In this document: positions 1 to 12,020 of the stretch, piece after piece | Numbering within the stretch: position 1 is the stretch's first letter | Layout: each line of letters opens with the position of its first letter | Assembly (NCBI GenBank): GCA_054600435.1 | Contig: BAAIJX010000009.1 | Location: forward strand, 310,001-374,000 | Length of the DNA: 64,000 bases | Reading direction: 5' to 3' | Source of the DNA: Neophaeotheca triangularis | Taxonomy: Eukaryota | Translations under genes and position numbers: made by a program | Notes under the pieces: model-generated | The model's input: the letters and a program-made list of their open reading frames with translations, nothing else | Database searches by the model: none | Told to the model about the DNA's origin: nothing

Positions 1-935
1 ACGGGTTTCGGGCGGTTTGCGGTTGGCTTGTCTGGGAATCGTGCGTCGCTGGTCTTTGGAGCTCTTTGCCTGGGAGCCTCGGCGTGTGCACGGCGCTGCC
101 GGTTCGCCGCATCTTGCTCGTTCGGCTCGCTTCGGCCCTTCTTTCGCGCTTCGGCGGACTGTTCAGCGGGCAAGCCACGGCTGAGGCGTCGGCGGAAGGG
201 GGAAAGATGGAGGCGGAAGCGAGGAAGGGGCAAGTACCGGCCTCGTCGGTAACGACGGCAACGGAGAGGCTTCGAGGGAAGAGGAAAGACAGCGGTGTCG
301 GTTCTTTGCAAGTCTCGCAAGCGGCGAGAAGGGTGTGGGTGGGCGAAAGTTGTTCGGTTACCAGAGGAGCGGGATGGAGGGGGCGAGCGAGTGCCACGAC
401 ATTACCAATGGAAATACAGCGCCCTGTCGAGGGACGCAAGCAATGAGCTCCGAGATCGGTGGACTGTTCGTAGCCGTTCAGCGTGCGTCCGGTCGCCGCG
501 GTTGGGCTCCGAAGAGCCAACGGGGGAGGCCGGGTATCGAGGAAGGCCAGATATGTCCAACGCTCATCTCATCGAGGTAGGTCGACAAGGGGTTTCGCAA
601 ACGCGAGCAAAAATAACAAGTGTTAAACAGGTGCAGAGCACAACGCAAGAACGCTCGCAACAGAACGCAGTTTTGGGGTATTCCTTCGTTTTGCGCAAAT
701 ACCGGCGCAGAGGCGCAACGCTTGATACGTCCTCCCGGCGCGAAAGAGCTGCACGGGAGGAGGAACGAAGGAAGAGACCTGATACCGCTCGGGCTGAGCG
801 TATTTAAAGTCTCGGTCGCAGTCGCTGTTCCACAAGCCGGGGGGATCCTGCGGGTTGACGCAGAGGGCCTCTAGCGCGCATTAGAGGCCAAAAGGTCAGG
901 GGCAGGACTGAAGCGCAAACCATGACGAGAGCGCT

Positions 936-3347
936 TCAACGGCTGGGATCAGCAAAGGGATTCGATGGTCCGTGAGGATTAGTGGATGGAGGGTTGGTAC
1001 TGATATTGGGAGTTTTAGAGCCTTGAGGGGGGGATGTTGGTGAAGTGACGGCAAAATCGCCATGGCTGGAGGCACGGACATGGGTTGGACGTCGGACGGC
1101 ATTGTCAACATACTGCCCGCTTACCGAGCCAAACTTCTCTTGGGAGGGACTAAACCCTGAGGTTGTGGTCGGAGAAGCTGGGTTGAAGTTGAATGTCGGC
1201 AGCGGGTTGGGAGTCAAAGTGTAGGCTTGTCCATTTAGTCTGTTGGCGGTATGGTCGCCGTCTTGCCTTGAACTTGTCGCTTGTTCGTAGGTTGGTGTGG
1301 CTTCTTGACTAGGCCGTGATTCGGCATTGCGCGTAGCGAAGAAAGTATCTAGTTCATGTTTCTCTTGAGCTGGGTTCCCAGGCTGTATAGGCCGAGGGCT
1401 TCTGTAAACGCCACCGCTACCACCTCTGTAAAAGATGGAGCCTGCTCTGATCAAGCCGATCAAGACGATGACGACCCAAATGAGCAGTATGCAAGAGCAG
1501 ATGATGGCTTCTTGTCGGATAGCCTTGGCGAAGTACGAAGTAACCCATAGTACAGCGTCGGAGATCTCGTCAGCAGCTCGAGCGCCGGCTCCTTCAGGGG
1601 CCAGCATCTCGTCTTGGGTGGCAGCAACCTTTTCGGCGCCCCCCAGGCTGAACGTGTCAACGGGCATGAGGGGGAAATCGATCCGAGCATTGTTACCGAC
1701 CCAAGTCAGGCCAGTCTGGATGCCTTCGATCTTTAGTAGCACCAGGCAATTGAGCACGTCCAAGATGGGCGTGTGTAGGACGGTACCACCAAAGGTCGTG
1801 TCGAGAACATCCATCATGCCGTCAACGAATACGTTGAGAGTGTCGTTGACTGCATTCGTGGTGATATTGACCCAGCCAAGGACGTCTTGGTTGATCTTGT
1901 CGCTAGTGGAACCGATCATGTCGTTGGTACCGGCAGCCCATTGTTCGCTGGCGTTATTGAGCTGGAACATGACTTTGTCCGCAAATTCGCCTACTTGGTC
2001 GGTGAGTGCTGGCACCTCCTTCTCGATTGCCTTGAGAAGAATGTATTGACAGAGGCATGCCAGCAAGCCCGCAATGGCGAGCGAAAGGACGAGGAGAGCT
2101 GGCACTGTCGTAGCGTATGCGACCGTCCATCGTGCTGCAGTCTGTCGTCGAGGGGATTTGAATTTGCCGGCTACCCACAGACCAAAAGTTGACGTATATG
2201 GTCTGGAGACGACGTAGACAGCGTCCATTGGGTGGTGAGCGTTGGTCGCAATGATACGTGCCCTTTCTTTCTCCAGACGGTATCGCCGAATATCACGGTA
2301 TGCCATGGGTGCCATGACGAGGACAGCTGCAATGAGCAGCACTATTAGGAAAATTCGCCTCGCCATGGCGGCGATTTCGAAAAGTTTCTGGAAGAAGTCG
2401 CTGATGCCATTGCTATCGGAGCAGAAGGTGAGTTTCTCTTTGGCTGGTACAGGGAAGAGGCTGCGATCCATTTTGTAGCTCGGTAGGCTTTCGTTGATGA
2501 GCTTCTTCACCTCTTCGAAAGGGAATCTGATGGCTGCATTGGTGAAGTTGCGCACTTGAGCAAAATTGGGTATGGAGTTGTTGAGCTCCCTCAGGCCCTG
2601 GTCGTATCCAGGTGGAAGCTGAAGATTCTCAAGAGTCTGGATTTCATCGCTCAAGTCGATAGTTGGAGGATCCGACTCGCCTCCAGTGAGAAAGTCGCCG
2701 ACTCTGTTCATTCGGTTGAGAAAGCGATCCATGCCATCGTCGAAGCGCTCGGCTGCGCTTCCCAGGTTATCTCCGACGTCTTTGAGGGTGGAGTTGAGAA
2801 AGTCGCTCATGTCTTCAGCCACGTTGATCGCAACGCGAAGGCTGCCGCCAACTGCCAAAGTGATCAGACAGACGTAAGTCTGAGTTAGCATGTTGATCAT
2901 GAAAAGCACAATCTCTTGAACAGCGGTGATGTTCAGTATCAACATCTTCATGAGCGCTTCGATTGCTTTCTCAATGCCGTCAGCGGAGAGGGAGTTGACG
3001 CCGCCAGACATGTAGTGAGGCATGCTGGCCATTGCGCTGCCAACATTTTCCACAGAAGTACAAGCGCTCAAGGCTTGCTTCCTTGCCATGACCAGATTGT
3101 TGTCAAGGCTGGCAATGGCAAAAAGTAGTCGTATCAGTACGAGTAATAAAAGTATGGTCCATCGGTTAATCCACGTCTGCGAGAGTCTAGCTCGAAGACC
3201 GAGGTATGGTGTCAGGTATGGTTCTTGTTGCGGGGGAGGTCGTGGTGCAGGCTGTGCTGCGTAGTAGTCGTGCATCTCATGGCCGCCAGCGGAAAGAGAT
3301 GGAGGCGCAGGATTGGGGTGTTGCTGTTGGTTCTCTGTGGACGCCAT
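936..3347 (-). CDS. PRM1: Plasma membrane fusion protein Prm1 (803 aa, apparently intronless)
   Basis: Hallmark N-terminal motif PYLGLRARLSQTWINRWTILLLLVLIRLL, then ACTSVENVGSAMASMPHYMS and Y.CLITLAV. Several hydrophobic TM segments, LNCLVLLKIEGIQTGLTWV, and a low-complexity C-tail ending NPFADP. Confidence 0.95.
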   Translation of the reverse strand: MASTENQQQHPNPAPPSLSAGGHEMHDYYAAQPAPRPPPQQEPYLTPYLGLRARLSQTWINRWTILLLLVLIRLLFAIASLDNNLVMARKQALSACTSVENVGSAMASMPHYMSGGVNSLSADGIEKAIEALMKMLILNITAVQEIVLFMINMLTQTYVCLITLAVGGSLRVAINVAEDMSDFLNSTLKDVGDNLGSAAERFDDGMDRFLNRMNRVGDFLTGGESDPPTIDLSDEIQTLENLQLPPGYDQGLRELNNSIPNFAQVRNFTNAAIRFPFEEVKKLINESLPSYKMDRSLFPVPAKEKLTFCSDSNGISDFFQKLFEIAAMARRIFLIVLLIAAVLVMAPMAYRDIRRYRLEKERARIIATNAHHPMDAVYVVSRPYTSTFGLWVAGKFKSPRRQTAARWTVAYATTVPALLVLSLAIAGLLACLCQYILLKAIEKEVPALTDQVGEFADKVMFQLNNASEQWAAGTNDMIGSTSDKINQDVLGWVNITTNAVNDTLNVFVDGMMDVLDTTFGGTVLHTPILDVLNCLVLLKIEGIQTGLTWVGNNARIDFPLMPVDTFSLGGAEKVAATQDEMLAPEGAGARAADEISDAVLWVTSYFAKAIRQEAIICSCILLIWVVIVLIGLIRAGSIFYRGGSGGVYRSPRPIQPGNPAQEKHELDTFFATRNAESRPSQEATPTYEQATSSRQDGDHTANRLNGQAYTLTPNPLPTFNFNPASPTTTSGFSPSQEKFGSVSGQYVDNAVRRPTHVRASSHGDFAVTSPTSPPQGSKTPNISTNPPSTNPHGPSNPFADPSR

Positions 3348-3785
3348 GATCGGGGGGTGGGATGCAAAAGTCGCCGTATGTCTGGAGGGGTGGTGGTTTT
3401 AGTGGTTTGTTTCTTTGCGCCAGGCAAGGAGTAATTGGGTGTTTGTAAGTCAAGTACGCGGTGAATAATGTGTTGAGTAGTGATGTGGTTGGGGTCAAGG
3501 AAGCAGTAGGGCTACGACCGAAGTGTGCATTCGTGGTGGTGAAGACAGAGGACAAAAAGAAGATTCGTCATGTCGTCAAAGGCGGCGCGGGAAGAAAGGT
3601 GGTGGGGGTGAGGGGTGAGGTTGCAGATAAAGAAAGAAGAGGACAATGGGGGTTATGTACTAGTAGGGTGGACAATAGAAACGGCGGGAAGAAGCGATCA
3701 ATGAAGACAGTGACGGGGGATGTTCAGTCTACGTACCATGGTAACAAGTGCTCGGCCGGTCATGCGGCGTTGATGGGTTAATTGG

Positions 3786-3793
3786 ATGAAACA
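3786..3793 (+). promoter_or_regulatory. Candidate Ste12 pheromone response element (ATGAAACA), ~440 bp upstream of the PRM1 start
   Basis: Exact match to the (A/T)TGAAACA consensus. A second TGAAACA lies at 4790-4796. PRM1 is pheromone-induced in yeast. A short motif like this can arise by chance. Confidence 0.35.
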
Positions 3794-4599
3794 CAAGCAC
3801 ACGGTTTTTGGAGGGCGTTTCGCATGGCCACCCACTCGAGCACGTCTCTGAAGGGAGAAGTGTTGGTCAGGGAGGGGGTGATTTGTGATTTGTGGGCAGG
3901 CATGGACGACGACGAAGGCGACCTCGGGAGTGTCTTTCTTGTCTTGTCTGTCTTGCCAGTGTTGTTGAGGTTGTCTGTGCGTGGCTGGCTGTATGTACTG
4001 TAGGCGCTGGCGGGCGCTTGCAGCAGCTGTGAGGTCGGTCGGCTTGCTTGCTTCGTGGCCACTCGTTTGACCTTTCTTTGTCCGCCGCTTTTGTTCTGGG
4101 TGGGTTTGGTAAGCTGAACGAAAATGCCTCCTCGCGCCATGCCGAATGTTGCTTTAGGTGGTCTCCGGCGCGCTCAGCAAGGATTCGCTGCTTAGATTGT
4201 TGACTGCCCGAGATGCCATGGCCGTCATGACACGCCCCAGTTGCCAGTTGCCACTTGCTCCATCGCTGTCGCCGACCATGAATCGCCGGCGACAGCGCTC
4301 CTTGGGATTCTTCGGTTGGACGACCTCGTCCCCAGCCGGCCCTGATAGGGAGGCAGGCAGGGTAGAGGGAGCGTCCAACTTTCAAGAAGGAGAAGGTGGA
4401 AAGTTGCAGATCATCGGCGAGCTTATAGGTAAGGTACTACTAGGCTATCAAGGCCCAGCCCAGCCAGCCACGGGAGCCGCCACACCTACCTTACCTAGGT
4501 ACTGTACATAACTTACTAGTACTTAGTAAGCTTGGACATCGTCTTCGTGCACCTCGGGCATGCTGTTAGGTATACCATCTATCATTCCTTTCTTCTAAC

Positions 4600-4641
<42 letters not shown>
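4600..4641. repeat. (AAT)14 microsatellite
   Basis: Perfect trinucleotide run read directly from the sequence. Confidence 0.95.
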
Positions 4642-4642
<1 letters not shown>

Positions 4643-6154
4643 TCAATATCATGGCAATGACAAAGCAATATCATCAAAGGCATTTTGATCAGCATCGTCG
4701 GTGAATGTCCCACGGCCATTATTATTATTGATTGGCTGTTAACGGTAACGTACGCGCCAGCCAATCAAGTCCATCCCGCACTGAGCGCCTGAAACACGCC
4801 GACCGAGGCCGACCTCACCTCTCGAACAGTAGGTATACTTACCTTATACTCCCCAACACCAGCTTCATCCGAGCACTCATAGACTGTCATTTCAAAGCCA
4901 ACTACAATCCCGAACACTACACTACAACTTGTCGACTACCAGCCTTCACCCCCAATCGTGCGTGCCCTCTCCAACCTTGGCCATCTCCACGCCGTTCTCT
5001 GATTTCTTGCCTAGCTTGCACGAAAATCTTCCAAATCTCAAATGAGTGCATCTTTTACCCAGAGTCCAGAAAGAGAAGCATATTCGCAGCTATACAGTGA
5101 ATGGATCGAGGTCCACCGTCGATGCTACATTGGACCCCGACTTTACTCGTCCATCGCATTCAGTATGTCACGGCCACCATGACTTGTCAACTTTTACCCG
5201 CGATTACATGGGCTCGCGCCAGCCGCCCAGTTAGCAAACCGGGCCACCAGTCTAGTCTCCAGTATCTTTCATCTACTTTGCCTCAATCTCGCTGCTGTAA
5301 ACGAGCAATCCAAGTAAATCGAGCTGCCTCTTCGCAGCTTCACTGTGTGCCCTTCACAGGCTGTAGGTATGGATTGGCACTTCAGTCTTCCGCCATTCCT
5401 ATTGTTTGGTCTTCACAGTACCACCTATTGACTCCTCCAGCGATTCATCTTCTATTCAGTCTCTGCTGACCTCATTGAGCACGTGGCTGCCTAGTGTGGA
5501 CAATCACAAGGCCACCTCGGTAGGCCTTCTATAAGAAGTTGTCTCCCACACTCACGTGATCCTCTACCTACTTTACCACTAGACAGCATCACGCCTGGAC
5601 CGGCACCCATATCTAGTGGCCTCTTCGACTACCACCTATCAACAGCCCAAGGCTATCCTACAACAAGAGCTTGACACCACGACAACGATCGAGTCCCTTG
5701 CCGTAGTTGAGGTCTCTGAAGTCGAAGTTGGATATCACGACTGAGAAAGTCAATACCTCATCTGTAAGCACCTCCATCCCTTCGTGCTCCTTTGTCACTG
5801 TGCATGATACGGCGCCGAGAAAACACCACGACGCTCTCAAGAATTTTATCATGCGAGTTTTGGATCTCCGAACTTCGTGGTATTTAACGAGTCAAGCGAC
5901 TATTGCTCGCATCAAGAACAACGCCGAGAGGCTAAGGCCACACAGCGCATGACGATGCTCATACCTTCGTTACAAGATTTCTCAGAGCACACTATGCGCA
6001 GTGCACATCTCGCAATGTAGAATGCCTCTTACCTCAACCGCTCACTACACAGTCTGCGCTTGGCATCAACATGCCTCACTCCCACCTAATCTCAGACGGC
6101 TAACATATCTCAACTTACTTCAGATCACCCTATCCCCGACCCAGCCCATCCACA

Positions 6155-6892
6155 ATGCAAGACTACCAAAACCAAGTCGACCAGCTCGCGGCGCTCTCCC
6201 TCCACCCAACCCACCCCACCCCACCCCCCTTCACACCAGAACACCAACTCGTCCCCTACACCCCCTCGACCTACACCCTCACGGCGCCAGACAACTACCA
6301 CAAACGCCGCCTCAACGCCGCGCGACAACTCATCTGCCCCCGCTCCCCAATCTACACGGCCGACTTCGACTACACCACCCACGCCCACGAATGGTCTCTG
6401 GGTGAAACCCGGCGCCTCCAAACCCTCGCCACCTACGCCTCAAGCATCCACCACTTGCGCCTCTCCCGCGACCTGCCCGCGCCACCTCCGCTCCGCCAAG
6501 CCTTCGACGGCCAACTGCCCGCCTTCCCCATCGGCCCCGTCCTAGGCCTCCCGACCATCTTCACGCACACCTGGCGCCTCGGCAAAGAAGCCATCGCCCC
6601 CTGGCCCAGCAAGCACGAGATGACGTACGAAGGCGACGGGCGCATTGCCACGGACCGTATCCATCGGAGGTTCCTGCCGCTGCCGAGAGTGCTGGGCAAT
6701 GAGACTGTCAATTGGCAGCAGCGGAGGTTGGTGGAGGCCGAGGCTTTGGATTACCGCTATGAGCATCCGGGGCACGAGGGGGTGTTTTTCTGGCAGTTTG
6801 AGGTGGCGGAGTTGGAGTTTAGTGAGGAGGAGGCGAGGGAGGTGCTGGGGGGAGAGTTGATGGCGTTGTTGGATCCGCTTGATCAGTGGTGA
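6155..6892 (+). CDS. Hypothetical protein (245 aa), probably conserved in Pezizomycotina
   Basis: ATG in a good context (CACAATG), strong codon bias, and a globular-looking segment WPSKHEMTYEGDGRIATDRIHRRFLPLPRVLGNETVNWQQR. Confidence 0.75.
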   Translation: MQDYQNQVDQLAALSLHPTHPTPPPFTPEHQLVPYTPSTYTLTAPDNYHKRRLNAARQLICPRSPIYTADFDYTTHAHEWSLGETRRLQTLATYASSIHHLRLSRDLPAPPPLRQAFDGQLPAFPIGPVLGLPTIFTHTWRLGKEAIAPWPSKHEMTYEGDGRIATDRIHRRFLPLPRVLGNETVNWQQRRLVEAEALDYRYEHPGHEGVFFWQFEVAELEFSEEEAREVLGGELMALLDPLDQW

Positions 6893-7719
6893 GAGGTGTG
6901 GTGGATTGGAGTTTTTGAAACGAGGGCGAGGTTTGGATGGGTGGGAGAAGTCGGCGCGGTGGTGGCGGCGATACGGCGGTTTTCCCCCAACTGTTGCCGC
7001 TAGAGCTTGACATCATCGGCGGCGCGACAACATTGCTTCCAAAAGCTCCATCTCGGGCCGACAACTACCCACTCCATTCTGGATTTCCTCCCGGCAAACG
7101 ACCGCGACAAGAACCTGACAAAGAAGAAAGACTCACGACGAAGCTACTTGGAAATCCAAATCCGACGAGTGTGGATTTCCCGCTTTCTTGCATAACCGCG
7201 CGAGCACGACTTCAGGAGCGAATGCATTTTGGGTTTCCGACGACAGGGTATTGATTTTGGGCCGTGAGTCGTCTACGACTTTTACGACTTTTACGGGTGC
7301 CCCCATCATTATCACGATTTTGACGATTTTGCGTTTTCCAGCATTTCCAGCATTTCCAGCAGCTCCAGCATTTCAGCCTTCTTGCATCCCCCCATCTCGA
7401 GCAAGCGCGACCGCTCCCGGCCAAAAAAAGGCAAGAAGGCAAGAATCAAAAGGGGGGCTTAAACAGAGAAAAAGAAAAAAAAAAGGGCGTACAAAGACCC
7501 CAACAAGCAAGACTGTCTCTTTTTATGTACATCTGAATTTCAGCACCTCTGTTCTGTTTTCCAAACCGGTTAGATCTGGACTTTCTAGTCCCGCTCTCTA
7601 CAGCATTCCCTTACAAGCCTGTCACTCCTAAACAATCTCAAGCCCGTACGTCCGTAGCTCCAAGCCTATGTCCGTGCATCTCGTGGTAGGTTCGCCACCT
7701 TCGGCCCGGGGATGCGAGT

Positions 7720-7761
7720 GGGATGGGATGGGATGGGATGGGATGGGAAGGGAAGGAAGGG
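7720..7761 (+). repeat. (GGGAT)5 followed by GGGAA units; G-run tandem repeat
   Basis: Read directly from the sequence. Confidence 0.9.
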
Positions 7762-8168
7762 CCAGTTTGTCGCGCGGCTCGGGTGGGATTTGGTCGGTGG
7801 GGGAAATTCTTTGGGTGGACTGGCTTTAGCGGGATGGACGACGGGTGCCAGTGGGGCGGGGTTGGGGATAGGCGCGAAGGGATTGGCTGAGGAGAGCGCT
7901 GGGCTGGCTTGCTTTGCTTGCGCTGGCGGTCTGGGGACTTGAGGCTCTAGCACTCTCGGGCCAGGGTGTGTGTTTCGACGGAGCTGGCTGTTCTTGCTCT
8001 TTTTGTTTTGGGGGAGAGGGGGTGGCGTGTTTGTCGGCTGCTTTCGTTCCATACGGACATGACAATCTCACGGACTTCAAACCGCCCTAGCAAAAGTAAC
8101 AGAAACCAATGGTATCACAACATACAACCTCCCCTCTCTCCCAATCTCTTCCCGCAGAGAAGTTCAAA

Positions 8169-11100
8169 TCACCCCCACACCCTTCCCCTTACCCCGCCAA
8201 CGCCAGCCCCAGTCCCAATTTCCCTCTTCTCCAACCCCCTCCTCCCCACGCACCCATAATGCACAACCTCATTATCAGGATAAACCCTCACAGCACTAGC
8301 CCCAAATCTCTTGTGACAAACCCTACAATGATCCTCTTCGCGGATAGTAACGCGACGGTTTCTGCCCTGCCTCCTGCCTCCCACACCCTCGTCATTACCG
8401 AGGACGAGCTTCATCTCCGCGTCATCGCGCCGCACGGCTTCGAGGGAACGGACGACTTGGGCCTCGCGTTGCGTGGAAGTGGCGTGCCGGAGTCGGCCTC
8501 GGAAGTAGGAGCTGAGTTCGCCGACGGCGAGGTCTGTGGGCATGAGTTCCAGAGTGCTGGAGGCGGGGAGGCGGGCACCGTGTTTGGCTAGCAGGTCTAG
8601 GGCTTGGGGCCAGCGTTTTTCTTCGCCGGCCGGGGGGTTGAGGTAGAGACCGAGCAGGGTTGCGAATATGTTTAGGCGGTCGGTGGAGTCGGTGTCAGGC
8701 GTTGTTTTGTATTGATAGGTTGGTGGGGGTTTGGGGTGAGTGATATGGGGGTCGAGGGTGCAGGCTTCGGCGGTTTGTTGGAGGGTTTGTTGCGCGGAGA
8801 GGTAGGTGCGATTGCAGTAGTCTTCGGCTTTTTGGGGGTCGTCGATTTGGAAGGCGTAGATTGCTAGGGCTTGTTTGTGGTTGCCTATGGCGCTGAGGAC
8901 GATGGCACGGGATTCGTGAAAGGTCGCGTCGGTTGGGGGGAGTTGACGGAGGGTTTTTGCTTTTTCGTATTGGGCGCTGGTGCGGAGGAAGGTTTCGAGT
9001 TTCTCTTTGGCTGTGATTTTGGCTTGGGAAGTGAGATCGTCGTCTTTGATGTGAGTTAGATAGATGTCAACCAGCTGCTGGTGGTACTCTCGCGTGCTGT
9101 CGCCAAGCTCATTGATAATGTGCTCAAGGTACTGGGCTTCGAGCTGCTTGTCAAATTCGGCCAGAAATTCCAGGACTCGGTCACGAGGCATCTGTTCTGC
9201 GTTGTAGGTGTCTGCAAGGAACACATCCATGCCTACTTCGGGCTTCTCTTCCAATGGCCACTTGACGAACTCAAGCACGACATCTATCAGGTCGGGTGGG
9301 AGCTGTTTCAGATAGCCTACCGTTCTCTCTGGACCTTCCATTCCATCCGGTACCACATGCTCCGTCTCGCCTCTCCCAAACTTGGCCAACATCTCCAACG
9401 CTTGTCGATGAAGTTTCTTGCCATGAAGAAAGTCGATCATGTCGTTGTAACGCTCGTTTTCGAACAGTGAAGACTGAACAACCTGTGGATCACAGAAGTT
9501 GTCGAGACGAAAGAGTGGTCCGGCCAAGGAGGGCGAGGCGAGCATATACGCTCGGAACAGCGTCGTGTCAACCAATCCTGCGGTCTTGAGTAGCTCGCTT
9601 TGCCAATCGATCTGCTTCAGATCCTCAACGTCAAAGACGGATTGGGGTAGTAGAGTCGCGAAAGGGGGTTTGCCAGTCTCGGCACCCAAAGACGGAGGGT
9701 TCTCTTTGAGCGCACCATCTGTGTTCAGGTATCTCTGAATCTGCACGCGTGCTTGAGCCAAAAAGGAGCACAGAGCTCGCACGGCGAACTTGAGATCATC
9801 GCCTTCCAGAGGTTTGTCAGGGTTCTTTGTAGGAGCTTTGTTACGTATGCTCATGTTGTCTGCGTCTGCTCGCGCGGATGACTTGATAGACGCTAGATCT
9901 GAGTCTGTGCGCTTGTGCGACGCTGTAAACCTCTTCATTATGCCTTTGGATGGTGTAGTCTGAGCTTCTTTCGCCACTTCTTCTGCCTTGGGCTCACCGT
10001 TTTCCGTGGTAGGCTCGGCTTCGCTTTGGTCGCTCGTCTCAATCACAGTGGAGAGATCGCCTGCAATACTTCTCGGATAGAGGGCGACCACCCTCTCTGG
10101 GGGAGTTTGGGCGTCCGTGAAGAGATCAAGGGCAGGTCGGTACTTCTGCTGCTGGAAAAGATATGTCGCCTTCAAGATCGTCAGCTCACGAATGCGGCCT
10201 TCCTTGTCGTCGATGAGTGTGTCCTCTAGGAGCTTGAGCAAGCTCAAAGCCTCGTCGAATCGCTGCTTCTCTACCAACTCGGACAGCTGCGAATGGTACG
10301 GTAGAGCATTCATACGCCAGATTGTGCGATCGGATGCTACCAAGAACCCTTTACCAGCATGCGCAAGGGAGATGTTGGGTTGGGGGACGTGAAGGGTGAC
10401 TGCACTCGGCAACGAGATTGTTTGTAGTAGACTGAGCGTGTCCGGATTACGTATTTGTAGGGAGCCCTTGTCTGGCGTTTGTAAGGCAAGCAGATACGGG
10501 TAGCTGTAGCCAACTGCTTCAGGGGCCTGTGACCAAGGGATCTGTCGCTTCTCCAGAGGGTTGCCGTCGGTGTCGGCGAACAAGGTGTTGACGTCCTTTG
10601 CAAGCAAGACTTCGTTCTCCGACAATCTTGTTGCCATCGGCTTGGGTACCCAACTACCCATTCCCATGTAACCCATACCAGTGCTACTCACCGCGGCAAA
10701 CCGCACGCCCGCAAGCTCGCCGCTGTTGGCATCGGCGGCAGTGTGTGATGCGGTCTTGTTTACAGCGGTGGTTTCCTGGGTCTCCACATCCACGACGCTG
10801 AATCCTGCATCCATGCCGACTACCAGCTTCGACCCCGTTACCCAATTCAAGCTCTTGACTGTGGCCTCCAAGCTGATCTCAGCAGCGTCCGGGTGTAGCT
10901 CCATGTCTTGCCATGTCCAGCAAGTCAACTTCCTCTTGACCCCAACAGCTAACCTCGATATCAGAGTGGGCACATGCGTCTCAGGGTCCTTGATCACGTT
11001 GCTGGCGACGGCGAAGCACGATGCGCCTTTGGTGCGCTCCAGCCTCTCGACCAATTGGTAGGTCTGCAAGTCGTGGAGACTGACATAGTTGTCGCTGAGG

Positions 11101-11390
11101 CTGACGAGTAGGTTCGCCTCTTTTACTATAGCCAGCTGCTGTACAGGTCGTCTGCTGAACTTTTCTTCCTCTCTCATAAGCTCTACTGTCTTGTTCTTTG
11201 GAGCTGCCTGATCCCCATCTCCGGCCTCCTCCGCCTCGTCTGCGGTGGGCTCGTTGACACGATAGATGCGTAGACTGCCGGTGTTCAGCCCAACGAGCAA
11301 GCGGTCGCCATAAGTCAGCAGCGACTCGATCTTTGATTTGTCGCGGGTCTTGAGTTCGTGGATGGGTTGCGCCTTGAAAGCGGACAGCAT
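8169..11390 (-). CDS. VAM6: HOPS complex subunit Vam6/Vps39 (1073 aa)
   Basis: N-terminal CNH beta-propeller (KSKIESLLTYGDRLLVGLNTGSLRIY), central Vps39_1/clathrin-like repeat (VDTTLFRAYMLASPSLAGPLFRLDNFCDP), and C-terminal Zn-knuckle Vps39_2 (CRVCHKRFGASAVRVYPDNEVVHYGC). Confidence 0.96.
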   Translation of the reverse strand: MLSAFKAQPIHELKTRDKSKIESLLTYGDRLLVGLNTGSLRIYRVNEPTADEAEEAGDGDQAAPKNKTVELMREEEKFSRRPVQQLAIVKEANLLVSLSDNYVSLHDLQTYQLVERLERTKGASCFAVASNVIKDPETHVPTLISRLAVGVKRKLTCWTWQDMELHPDAAEISLEATVKSLNWVTGSKLVVGMDAGFSVVDVETQETTAVNKTASHTAADANSGELAGVRFAAVSSTGMGYMGMGSWVPKPMATRLSENEVLLAKDVNTLFADTDGNPLEKRQIPWSQAPEAVGYSYPYLLALQTPDKGSLQIRNPDTLSLLQTISLPSAVTLHVPQPNISLAHAGKGFLVASDRTIWRMNALPYHSQLSELVEKQRFDEALSLLKLLEDTLIDDKEGRIRELTILKATYLFQQQKYRPALDLFTDAQTPPERVVALYPRSIAGDLSTVIETSDQSEAEPTTENGEPKAEEVAKEAQTTPSKGIMKRFTASHKRTDSDLASIKSSARADADNMSIRNKAPTKNPDKPLEGDDLKFAVRALCSFLAQARVQIQRYLNTDGALKENPPSLGAETGKPPFATLLPQSVFDVEDLKQIDWQSELLKTAGLVDTTLFRAYMLASPSLAGPLFRLDNFCDPQVVQSSLFENERYNDMIDFLHGKKLHRQALEMLAKFGRGETEHVVPDGMEGPERTVGYLKQLPPDLIDVVLEFVKWPLEEKPEVGMDVFLADTYNAEQMPRDRVLEFLAEFDKQLEAQYLEHIINELGDSTREYHQQLVDIYLTHIKDDDLTSQAKITAKEKLETFLRTSAQYEKAKTLRQLPPTDATFHESRAIVLSAIGNHKQALAIYAFQIDDPQKAEDYCNRTYLSAQQTLQQTAEACTLDPHITHPKPPPTYQYKTTPDTDSTDRLNIFATLLGLYLNPPAGEEKRWPQALDLLAKHGARLPASSTLELMPTDLAVGELSSYFRGRLRHATSTQREAQVVRSLEAVRRDDAEMKLVLGNDEGVGGRRQGRNRRVTIREEDHCRVCHKRFGASAVRVYPDNEVVHYGCVGRRGLEKREIGTGAGVGGVRGRVWG

Positions 11391-12020
11391 TGTGCTGTGC
11401 GTAGGGTGTACACGGGTGTAGTAGCTTAGTGCAGCACAGCCATCGTTGTCCCGATCCTACCACAGCTGTGTATGTTGTTGACACGTCGAGAGGTCGCGAG
11501 CAACGGTGATATGTAGGTAAGCTGGTAAGGAAACTAGGTACTCTACCTGTTACCTAGCCGATATGCCCTTGAAGCTCCCCCGTCCCGATTGGGAAGGCAA
11601 GGCGCTGTGACGCGCGGGTCTTGGCAGCATCTCTGAGCCCGGGCGCGTCTTGCAGCGGCCGCTAATCGAGGGACGTGCAGGGATCTGCCTCGTAGTCTGG
11701 GGAGGCATCGAGGCATCTCACTTCAATATCAGTCACTCACTACTGGTACTGGTACTGGTACTGTACACCTGCATGCTTCACTTGCTTCACTTACACAGAC
11801 AGTACTCTTCCCCCTTCCCTTTTACTTCACTCTATACTGCTTTTCCATTTCCACAGTCCTTCTTCACCATTAGCTTGCGCTCTACTCACCACACAACCGC
11901 CTTCTGCTAGCTTCGCAAAACTAGCCCTGGCCAACGCTCTCCTTGGTCGGACAAACATGTAAACAGGCCGCTGGCCCGCCTGTCTATACCCCCAAATTCG
12001 ATTGCGATTCTCTCGGCAAC

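Noticed and set aside
1..900. Overlapping short + strand ORFs (126 and 170 aa) at the window start
   Set aside because: No codon bias or recognisable motifs. More likely UTR or promoter of a gene outside the window, or PRM1 3' flank.
1435..2049. Long antisense ORFs over PRM1 (similarly over VAM6, RasGEF, GYP5 and 49526-50275)
   Set aside because: Shadow ORFs expected from GC-rich codon usage on the opposite strand.
3867..5952. Many 60-170 aa ORFs between PRM1 and the 6155 gene
   Set aside because: No protein-like signal or consistent splice path was found; treated as intergenic/UTR.
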